Shown piece after piece: positions 50,301 to 62,300 of a DNA stretch of 64,000 nt. Origin of the DNA: Octopus vulgaris (lineage: Eukaryota); contig OX597814.1 in the NCBI GenBank assembly GCA_951406725.2, positions 163,060,001 to 163,124,000 of the forward strand. The letters are read 5' to 3'. A program made the position numbers and the translations under genes. The notes beneath the pieces were generated by a model. It saw only the letters and a program-made list of their open reading frames with translations, did not search any database and was not told the origin of the DNA. Each line of letters begins with the position of its first letter. Positions within the stretch are counted from its first letter, which is position 1.

Positions 50301-53300
50301 AATTTTTCTTGTGGGGATACCTGAAAGAGAGGGTTTACATCAACAAACCAGAGACCCTGGTGCAACTGAAGGAGAACATCAATAGAGAAATCAGAAGTGG
50401 GGTCTGAAATCCTTGAGGGTGTTATAGTGCAAGTTTTGGAAAGAGCACGGGTGTGTGAAGCCGAAAACGGATGCCATTTAAGCAATGTCATTTTTCATAT
50501 ATGATGTAGTGGTGTTGCAAACTGACTTGTGCATATTAATTTCCATTACGTCCTTTATATTGTATCATAATTTCATGCATTTATTTACAAAGTTAAGGAA
50601 GTTATAAATAATTGAAACCCATCAGACTTTTGGAACACCCTGTATAAATAATAGAATTTTAATTCAATGAAATACAAATTAAAGTCTATTTAAGCAATAA
50701 GAGCCATTATATCAATCTTTTAATGTGAAATGTGTTGAAACAGATCTCATTATCTTAGGAGTCATTATGCCAATAATAATACACACATTGGTTCAATACT
50801 ACTTCTTTAATGTTTGTCAAATATCTAATTAACCGTTTGTTTAATGTATTGGTTCAACAATCAATTGGTTGCTTACCAGTCAAAGTCCCTTTGACACAGT
50901 TCACGACCTTTTCAGTGACATAGACTCCCCCCCACCACTCTCCAAGATCTGCTCTGATTCAGTCTGAGAATTGGTCTTATGTCTGTGTTTGCTTAGAAGA
51001 GGAGGTATGGTTGAGAGCAAATGAAGAATGTGTGTGTGTGTGCGCACATGTGTGCATGTGGTTGTGTGTGTGTATGTGCACCAACCATTCATCACTTAGG
51101 AGATTTTTGTTCAGGTTAAATCCAGTCTTGGATTTGCTGCATTTTGCTTGTCATCTCAAAGATATATGAGCACAGGTTGTAGTCCCTTACATGAAGAAGG
51201 GGAGGGGAAAACAGGGTATGTGTGTGTGCATCAGTGTGCGCGTGTTAATGTGGTTGATGTGATTCTGTGAGAGAGTGCATGTTCATGTGTGTGTGTGTGA
51301 AAAAGTGTTTGATTATGTGAGTGAATTCCAACATGTGTGAGTATGTGTGTGTGAGAATCTGCTTGGACATGCAGCGCGGCAGTTTTTTTAATAGGTAAAA
51401 AATGCATATGTAGACATGTGCATGTGAGCGTACATATGCATGTGCACATGTTGGTGCGCACGTGCTTGCCTGTCCATGTGTGCAGGTGTTTGTGTATAGT
51501 CACTGTTCATAGATATGTATTTGTATGGATTTCTTTATCCTGCTGACATTTTTCTTGCAGCTATCTATACCTACATGTGTGCATGTGTATGGATGTGTAG
51601 TGGAAAAAACATGATCACCATATGCTTTACATATGGATGTTTAAAAGTGTGGTTAGATATGATTACCAAAATCCTTCAAGACGATACCCTAGCATGGCCA
51701 CAGCCCAATAACTGAAATCACTAAAAGAATACTAAAGCAATAATCACATGAAAAGCAAGCCTTTGGTTATTTTCTGTGGGGTTATCACTGAACACGGCAC
51801 CAAGGAATATGTCTGAAAATTTTGAAGCAAATGATTAAGCAACAATTTGACAAAATGCTGCCTTTGAATGTTAATGCAGCTGATAATGTTGGTATAGAGC
51901 AGGGGTTCCTAACCATATTTTGCTTGAGGACCCCCTAAGAGCTGTCTTATCTCTGCATGTAAATTTTTGAAATAAAATATTTGTAGGTCAGTAAAACTAA
52001 CAATGAAACAATTTTGTTATATTCATAACAAATTTCAAATACAAATCTTGAAAATTTCAAAAAATAGGTAGCACTCTTAGTAAACAAAATTTATATATGG
52101 ACCCACAAATTACAATTTTTTACTCATGGACCCCCTTAAAGCTTCTAAGGACCTTGGTTGGGAACCCCTGGTATAGAGTAATCATCCTATACCTTACAAC
52201 TGAATCATGTAAGAATCATGTCATTTTACTATTAACAAATCAAACATCTGAAGATATCAAAAACAGTGACAAACTGATTTTGACAAACCTGACTGACTGA
52301 CTAAATGATAAAACAAAAAGTTGATCAGTTAACTGGTTAAATGATTAACCAATTGACTAATAATGGTTGTAAATTTTAGCATGAGGCTATCAGTTTCAGT
52401 GGGAGGTTAAACCAATTATGTCAACTGGTACTTATTTTAACCTTGAAAGGATGATAGGCAAAGTCAACCTCAGTGGAATTTGAACTCAGAACACAAAAAT
52501 GGATGAAATGTTGCTAAACATTTTGCCTGGTGTGCTAGTGATTCTGCTAGATCAAAAACTTCAACCAATTGACTAATGATAATGATAAAGGAAGTGAAAC
52601 AAGACCATTAATAATAATCCATTCTACTTTAGGCACAAAGCCTGAAATTGGGAGAGTGGGGAGATAGTCAATTACATCGACCCCAAGTACTCAACTGGTA
52701 CTTAATTTATCAATGCCAAAAGGATGAAAGCAAAGTCAACCGCGACGGAATTTGAACTCAGAACATAGTGACGAGCGAAATACCGCTAAGCATTTTGCCT
52801 GATGTGGTAACAATTCGGCCAGCTTGCCATCTTAACACTAGTAATAATAAAGGAAGTGAGACAGAACCAGTCTAATAATAATAACCAGTATATTTCTTTA
52901 TAATTGGCATAATAACTCTCATGACAACAAAATCAGTTTCAACATGAGTTTACATCAAGAATCTTACAAACAAGTATTGTATCTTTACTCATAAAATAGC
53001 AACCTCAGTTCCTCCTTACCTGAAGATATTCAGCAAACCTTCCAAGTGCAAAAAAGGCCGCATTCTTCACACACCCTTCATTATCTTCCATTCCTTGACA
53101 TACACAACTAACAAATGCCTGAAGATGGCTAAAGAATAGAACATCAAGTTGGAAATTACAATTGAAATATCTTAATTTTCTTTATAGATTCAATCATGTA
53201 TACAATGATATCACTACAATTACAACATCAAATGCAGTTATTCAGTGTGTGTGTATGTGTGTATATATATATAATAGTCTACAATATAACAGTTATGGCT

Positions 53301-56300
53301 CACTATTATATAGAGGTACAAAACAATAGCAGTGATTCTAAGTAGACATGAACCAAAATGGCTGGAAACTAAAGACTACTTTGATGAAAGCATTTGTAAA
53401 AAAAAAACTGATTTTAAAAAATTACTTGTATCAAGAAACAAAGATAACTTTTAGTTTATTATGAAATAAATAAAAATTGAATGAGGAGAGGAGCAGTGAA
53501 TGATCATTAACTCAAATATTTACTGATATAGAAAAACTAAAATTTAGAAATAGCCATAGTTGAATATGTGGAGGCACATGGCCTAGTGGTTAGAGCAGCA
53601 GACTCGCGGTCGAGGGATTGCGGGTTCGAATCCCAGACCGGGCAATGTGTGTTTATGAGCAAAACACCTAAGCTCCACACGGATCTGGCAGAAGGTAATG
53701 GCGAACTTCTGACTCTTTCACCACAACTTTCTCTCACTCTTTCCTCCTGCATCTTGCAGCTCACCTGCGACGGACCGGCGTCCCGTTCAGGTGGGGAACT
53801 TATACGCCAAGGAAACCAAGAAACTGGCCCTATGAGCCAGACATGGCTTGAGAAGGAACAAACAAATAGTTGAATACAGGTGGAACTTTTTACCTTATAC
53901 AAGATATACACTATTTAACAGCCTTAACAGTTTCACCCTAGGAGAAAACCCATTTGCACAAATAGCATAAAACTTACTTGTTAATGATATATTCGCTGCA
54001 ACCTTCTGCAATCATCGCGAGACTTGTGTAAGCTGCTCTTCGACGGAATTTATCTGGGCTTTTCAAAGCATTTTCTACCAATGGAAGCTAAAAGAAATTG
54101 TTTTATTCAGCATCTTTTCAAATTAGTAATTGCTCCATTTATTTTGAACAAATCTAAGAAAAAAAAATCATGGAAGTTGCTCAATTTAGAAATGTTCTTT
54201 TTACTTTGATTCTAAGAGGAAAGACTTCTAAGAGCAGATAGTTTTATTATTGAATGCTACATACAGTACCAACATCTAACTTATATGCAATTGATAGTAA
54301 ATACATTGACTTACCATTAATTTAGAAATTCAAAATAACAAATGCAATTCCCTTACTGCATCTGTTTGATAAGAGGAGGGCTGAGGATTTGATGGGAATG
54401 CTGGGGTTGGAGGAATCGGTGGAATGGTTGGCAAAAGCAAATGGAGTAAAGTGGTATGGCCATGTGTTGAGGAGGGATGAAGAGAATGTTCTGAGGAGGG
54501 CAATTGCATTTGAGGTAAATGGAGTGTGAAAACAAAGTAGTCCGGGGGACAGGTGGAGAAGATTGGGTGGGTTGGTTTGAAAAAGGAGGGCACCCACAAC
54601 CAGGCAAGATGGTGTGAGGGCAGTTGCTATGGCACTGAGTTAGATCCAGCCAACCCCATTAACAGGGACAAAACCTGGATTTAAAACACTAGATAATCTT
54701 TACAACTTAATTTTATTCTACATAACATAAGGGATACAAAAATTTGAATATTGGCTTATGTTTCACTGATGTTAGCTGCTAAATTAATCTGACCCAAAAC
54801 ACATAACCCTGCTTCAGTTTGATAGACTAAACAAAAAACAGGCTTCTTAGTTTAAAGTTGAGTGGTTAGCAGTGTGAAAGATATACAGCTACAATTGCAG
54901 CTCTTTCGACAACTAAACTTACCATCCATCCAGGCATAGAAAAATGGGCAAAAAACAATAAAGAAAAAAAACTATGTTTTTGAGCTAAGAGACTTACCAA
55001 TTTGGAAATAACTTTTTCTGGTGGTAAATGTAAAGCTAAAGTATCAATAACCTGAAACAAAAAATAAATGGTAAACTTAAAACAGAAACACACATTCAAC
55101 AATTTTATAAAGGGTTATGAGTACAACAGGTTGTGGGATTATCAAATAATTTATCATTTGATGTCCACTATCCATGCTGGTATGGGTTGGACAGTTTGAC
55201 CAGGGCTGGCAAACTGAGGGGCTGCACCAGACTCTAGTCTGATTTGACATGGTTTCTATGGCTGGATGTCCTTCCTAACACCAAGCACTCAGAGTGGAAC
55301 AGGTGCCTAAACGTACAGAATTAAAAGATTTGTCTTGCATCATACAATTTTTCTTTTTAATGGCATTAAAGATACTGAAACTCAAGCATACATCAGGCTT
55401 TGGCCCCCAGTTTCACCATCTCCTCTCTCTGCTTTTTCTCTCATTACTACAAAGACCTCTGTTCCTCAGAGTTAGAGTCGTATCACCTTCAATCAGATAT
55501 TCTCGACTCATTTATCGATCCTCTACTCACTATCCTTGTTGTAGCCAACACCCACCCACCCACCCATTGCAATACCCAGTCCTTCCTTCCCGGAACATCA
55601 TTTCTATGAAATTGTCTCCCTGATGTCTTTTCCTTTGCACAAGTACTAACTTGCAACAGTTCAAAAGGAACATCAATAGAATCAATTTCAGTCTAAAAGG
55701 GCTTGTGTTTGTACAACAAAATATCAAATGCTCTGTATCCATTAAACATTAACATCAGCCTAGTTTGTCAACAGGTAGGCACAAGCTCTAAGAAGGTGTT
55801 CCTTAGGTCTTGAGCCAAGATCAACAGAAACAGGTTAGATTATATGAACAAACCTGAGCAGCATATCTGGTTGGTGTATCTGCTTCTTCGTCATTTTCTT
55901 CCATAATATCAAACTCGTCATCCGTTTCAGCACAAATCTCTTCAAATATTACATTCATAATCAACACATTGAAATTCTTTTTCAGAATAGCCTGAATTAA
56001 GAGAAGAAAAGAAAATGCAAATTCTAGAAGTGTTGAAAATTTATTACATCATGGTAGTTATTTTCAATATTTAAAATACACACAAAGCTACTAACATATT
56101 CACTTCTTTAGCCCTTTTTAATAATCTTAATTTTTCAATTTTATGTTAGTGAAGAAACAGTAGAGTATAACCAGTCCGAGGCCCTAAATATGATCACATG
56201 GAACAGCCTGTTCTCTACTCTGTTTTGAGCCTACAGTTCCTTATAAAAATCCAGCTTCTCCTCGTCTCAAAGTCATTGGTTCCAGACCATTTAAGGTCTA

Positions 56301-59300
56301 GCCACTGACCACTAAGACAGTCAGTTCCAGTGACAATACCAAACCACCTCACGTTGAGACCTACCAATTTCGTCCAACGGCATTATGGCAACCTCAGTCT
56401 TCGTCGCCACCATCATGTCAATGTCGCCAACATCATTTTTCTACATACACTGCTCAGCAAGCAACTCACCCAGGTTCCAACACTTCACTGTTTGTGAATT
56501 ACTTTACCATGGATCAACAGCAAATATATAAGCTGCATGAACACCTGTACGAGTGACCCAGGCAGCAGCATCACAGCCATGACTTCATGTACCCATAACT
56601 GGCTCAGCATCATGGCCACAACTTCTTGATACAGTATTTCAACTATCATGTCTGACTAACTACAAAATGGTATTTTTTGTGTTTATGAACTTTCTTGTCA
56701 CTTCAATGGCTATGAACTCTTTTACTGTTATCATCTTCATTGCCATTCTTAAACTTTAACACACGCATACATCTATGCTTACACACATACATTTTGTTCT
56801 CATGACTGCCTGTCTATTATTCTGTATACACGACATACGTACACACACAGGTTAACATATCAAATCTTCTCTTAATCATTCTACGCCATTGTATCTCCCT
56901 TTTTCCATCTGGCAAGTAAATGGTTCCACAAATTTTCCCCTTTACTGTAACAGCTGTGTGATGTGGTACTAGAGAGCCCTTCCCATCACCTCACATTGCA
57001 CAGCCCATTACAGATTAATCAGTTCTTCAAAGAAGTAAACACCTTACCTTCTTTTTCAAGGTTATAAGGAGCTTAATGGTGCTCATTGCTTTCACTCTAA
57101 TCATATTTTCCAAATCTTTCCTGGGTATTATCTAAAAAGTAAAAATAAATCTGGTTTAATACCAAAAGTATGCTTCTAGAAGATGCAGATTTAACTTTAT
57201 ATATCACACACATTATATTCAAATCAAAACTACTCCAAAATGCATTCATTTAAAATATCTATTAAATGTATTAACATTTCCATTTTCAGCCTTACTGAAT
57301 GAACCAATTATGGTTGATTAAAACTAATATTCAATATTTCACATGACCAAGTGGATAAGTTGTACTTTTAGCTAAATAAAAAGTGCAAGTGTGGCTGTAT
57401 GGTTATGAAGCTTGCTTCTCAACCACATAGCCTTGGGTTCAGTCTCACTGCAGAGCATCTTGGCTAGGTGTCTACAGCCCTCGGTTGACCAAAGCTTTGT
57501 GAGTGGATTTGGTAGACAGAACCTGAAAGAAACCCATTGCACAGATATGGGTATGTGTGAATGTGTATACCCTTGGCTTGACAGCATACAATGGTTGTAA
57601 ACCAGCATCATCATACAAGCAATGTTGTTCCTTCCCAGTCTTCAGTAGAAAACATGTCCTGGCCATAGAAAATATACACTTGCTTGGAAATGGGTGAAGG
57701 TTGTCAACAGGAAGTGCAGCCAAAAATTGAAAATGTGTTTCGACAAATTTTGTCTGATTGATGCATGCATAGAAAAATGGATGTAAGATGATGGTGATGA
57801 AGAGAAAATTAAAACAAAGTAGGATTAAGTTTTTCACATGCTTTTGCTCACCTCTAAACAGAGTTGCACAAGATTTTTCAAATAGGGGACAACAATTGCT
57901 ACTTCAAATTCAAGCAGACTATCAAATAATTCCATGCTTTCGCATGCCCATTCCTGAAAAAGAAAAAAAAAATCATTAGCAGAAAGGAAATTTTTGTCTT
58001 TGGAATAAGAAAAAAAAAAAGTCAATTGTATAAAAATGTCTTTGCTTGGAAAAAGAACAGACCATATTTGAATGGAGGAGGGGGAGAACAAACAACTTGT
58101 TAGGAAAAAGTGAACAGTGAATAGGCATAGGAGTGGTTGTGTGGTAAGTAGCTTGCTTACCAACCACATGGTTCCGGGTTCAGTCCCACTACTATAGCCG
58201 ACCAAAGCCTTGTGAGTGGATTTGGTAGACGGAAACTGAAAGAAGCCTGACATGTATATATATGTTTGTGTGTCTGTGTTTGTCCCCCCAACATCACTTG
58301 ACAACCGATAGCAGTGTGTTTACGTCCTCGTAACTTAGTGGTTCGGCAAAAGAGACCGAGAGAATAAGTACTAAGCTTACAAAGAATAAGTCCTGGGGTC
58401 GATTTGCTCGACTAAAGGCAGTGCTCCAGCATGGCCACAGTCAAATGACTGAAACAATTTGAGTGAAAAAGTATTACATTTAACAGAGTAATCTGAACAC
58501 TTAAGGGTTAAAACAATTTCAGAGTAAAACAGTTACAAATTAATAAGAATAAGATTAAATAAAGCATACTTGATTTTCAGCAAGCAATTTCTTTACAACA
58601 TCTATCACAGGAGGAATAAGTTTCTGTACTTGTTTCTGAAATACATAACCATACATTAGAAACAGAATAATTTAAGTTCCACTACTACATTTTTCTTTTC
58701 ATATATTCTTTATTTTTCTTCATAAGGTGTAGCAATGTCTGAAATAAACTCTCAGTTATTATACAGATCATTCTGCAAATATAGAGATGCTCGATTTGTA
58801 ACAGACTAACATATTTAATCAGTAGCTTTGTTTTACTGTTAATATACAATGTACCATGCATGTTTGTGTGCATACTTTTAGAAACCAGAATAAGAGAAAA
58901 AGAGATGGCAAAACAAGAGAGAAAAAGAGACAAAACAGGACAGTTTTAAGAAGTGTGCAAGAGAGACAAATGCACTGGTATGGTCATGTGATGCATATGG
59001 ACAAGGACAGCTGTGTAAAGAAGTGCCAGTGCCTAACTGTGGAGGGAATCTGTGGTAGAGGTAAACCCAGGAAGACATGGGATGAGGTAGTGAAGCATGA
59101 TCTCTGAACTTTGGGCCTCACAGAGGCAATGACTATTGACCAAGTCTTTTAGCATTATGTTGCGCTTGAGAAAACCCATCAAACCAAGTGAAATCACAGT
59201 TGTGGCAGATACTGGTGTCACACATGCTGGTGCTGGGCCTCACAGAGACCAGGACTGAGACCATTTGGCATTATGCCATGCTTGAGAAGACCCATCAAGC

Positions 59301-62300
59301 CAAGTAAAACTGCAGTTGTGGCAGATACCGGTGTCAGGCAAATGGTATGTAAAAGCACCCATTACACTCTAGGAGTGGTTGGCATTAGGAAGGGGAACCA
59401 GCTGTAGAAACCATGCCAAAAAAGACTGGAGTCTGGTGCAGCCTTCCTGGTCAAACCGTCCAAGCCATTCCAGCATGGACAATGGATGTTAAATGATGTA
59501 CTATGGATTTATAAATAATAGAACTTTTTATGTCAATCAACAGTCATTATGATTCATTGAGTTCAAATACAGCTAAAGTTCACACCAACCTTCATTTTCC
59601 TTATGTTTGGGAAAAAAGTCATTGCTATACTTTGAGATCAATTCAAACAATTATACTCCTGTTCTGTAAACATTGACCTTATGCTATCATCAGAGCCACT
59701 AAAGAGGTCACTATAGTAGAACACTAAAATATTTAATATTTATTTTCACTCATCTTGATTGTGAGCTGAAATACTGAGGGTGTCAATTTTAAACTGTAAC
59801 CACCATGAGATTGTTCAGGTGACAGTAGACAATTCGTGGCACTCTGTTGGTTATGACGACGAGGGTTCCAGTTGATCCGATCAACAGAACAGCCTGCTCA
59901 TAATTAACATATAAGTGGTTGAGCACTCCAGACACATGTACCCTTAACGTAGTTCTCAGGGAGATTCAGCAATACACAGTGTGTGACAAGGCTGGCCCTT
60001 TGCAATACAGGTACAACAGAAACAGGAAGAAAGATTGAGAGGAAGTTGTGAAAGAGTACAGCAGGGCTCGCCACCACCCATCACCCCTGCCAGAGCCTCA
60101 TGGATCTTTAGGTGTTTTCACTCAATAAACACACAATGCCTGGTCTGGAAATCGAAACTACAATCCTACGACTGCGAGTCTGCTGCTCTAACCATTGGGC
60201 CATTGCACCTCCACAGTGGACAATTAGCCAATACACTTACCCACCATTAACTTATAGAACAGCAACACTTTGCTATATATTTCAACAAGAAAAACAGAAC
60301 ATTACATCTTTACTGATAAAATTGCAATGTTTGTAAAAAAAAAAGTTTTGTGTATAACCAAGTGCAGTTAATGTTACAATTCATATATAATGTCCACAAA
60401 GATTGTGGGGAGCTCCATTTGAGATAACTGTCTGAGAACAAGGGTATATGACGAATGTTGTTAAAGAAAAATATATATAAAATGAAATTTTAAAAAGCTA
60501 TGTCACATTGAAATGTTTGTGCATGTGTGCTAGATAACTGTCAGAAACTTTTCATAACTTACCATTTCATCATCACCAGTTATGATGACAAGTTCTGAGA
60601 GAGTGCTGGAAATATTAAAGAAAATTTATAATAAATTTTAAAAAAGACAAAAGGTTACAGAGTATTGTATAAGAAAATGAACAAGGAAATGAATTTAATG
60701 AAAACACAACAGCAGTCTGATGTGCCACACAAATTCACACACCACACTCAAAATAAAATGAACCACGACTGATGGCAAAAAAGGTTAATTTCTTTACAAA
60801 ACAAGGTAGCAGATTCCACGAAGTCCATAAGTCAAGCCAGGTTTATTCTTTCAAAGCCAGTAATTATCAGAGATGCAGACGTAATCAATATCCTTCAAAA
60901 AAGAATCCTTCTTCGACATCAACAGGTCTGCAAGACCAACAGAATTAGATTCTTCCATGGCTTCAAACACAAATTTTAAATTGACAGGAATGTCGATTTT
61001 CTGATTTTGGAATGCTTCAATAATATTCAACCAACCAAGAACTGGTCCCTTATCATCAGTTGATCCTCTCCCATATAACTTGCCATCAATTTGTTAGAAC
61101 AAATGGCTCTGTATCCCAGCCATCAGACTTATTAGCTGGTTGTACATCAAGATGTCCATACACTACCAAGGTTTTCTTTTTAGGATCGTTACCAAGTTGT
61201 CCAAAAATCACAGGAGGAAGTTTAAGGACTTCTGAGAATGGGTAGACTTGATCTCCAAGTTCCAGTAATTCAGTTTGAATATTAAGTTTATCCATTTCAG
61301 CTTTTGTCCATTCAACCATTCTTCTAACTTCTGGCCTCAGTTTCACAGACCCAGACACACTAGGAATGGCCACAGCAGTGCCAAGCCGTTTAATAAAACG
61401 GTCAGCATTATCATCGATGTACTTGAAGATGCCTTCCATTGTGAACTGCTCAGTGAGAAAACTGCGAAGAAATTGCAGAGCGACAGATGAAAAATGAAAG
61501 TGTTATATATTGATATTCTTCACCATCATTTAGTGTCCACTTTTCCATGCCTACTTATATCAGACAGACTTTGTTGAGGCAGATGTTCATCTGGCTGCCC
61601 TTTCTGTTGTCAACCCTCACCTGTCTCCAAGTAAGGTAATATTTCTATGGAAGACAAAAAAAACATCTCATTTGTGAGATGAAGCTTTCTACAACTATGA
61701 AATCAGGACAAAAGGTACATAAAAGCACACATGCACACAAGAAGGGCTTTTAGTTTCCATTTACCAAATCCATTCATAAGGATTTGGTTGGCCTGAGATT
61801 GTAGTAGGAGATACTTGCCCAAGATGTCATGCAGTGGGACTGAACCCAAGCCCACATGGGTGGGAAGCATGCTTAATTACACAGCCATGCCTACATCTCA
61901 AAACAAAAAACAAAATAAAAAAAGCAGAACTTACAGAATTGCAAAATAGGGCACCATTAGGGTCTCTTGATCCAAAAGTGCTTCTGATAATAGTTCCAAA
62001 ACAGATATAAGATGTACTTTCAATTGTTCTGTTGCCATGGCTGCTACTTTATGCATCAGAAATATCCCTATCTGGAAAGTTTACAAAATAATTTTCAAAA
62101 ATTGAAAATTATAAAAATCACAGGTCTAGAAAAATCAAAATTTTATAACTTATTAATGGAACTAAAGCTACTCACCTCCCTATGCCGGGGATTATGGTTC
62201 CGAGAATATTCCAAAATAAAACTGAAAAATTCTGGCCAATTTTGGTTGGGCAATTCATGCTTAGCAACGGTGGCAATAATCTGAGCAATTGCTGTCTGCA

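Noticed and set aside
53568-53645. tRNA-like sequence with A and B boxes
   Set aside because: Continues into a SINE body and lacks a clean acceptor stem and terminator; SINE head, not a tRNA gene. The same applies to the other heads.
56144-57012. Possible solo LTR (TG start, TATAAAA, CA ends)
   Set aside because: No matching TSD or second copy in the window; unclassified sequence.
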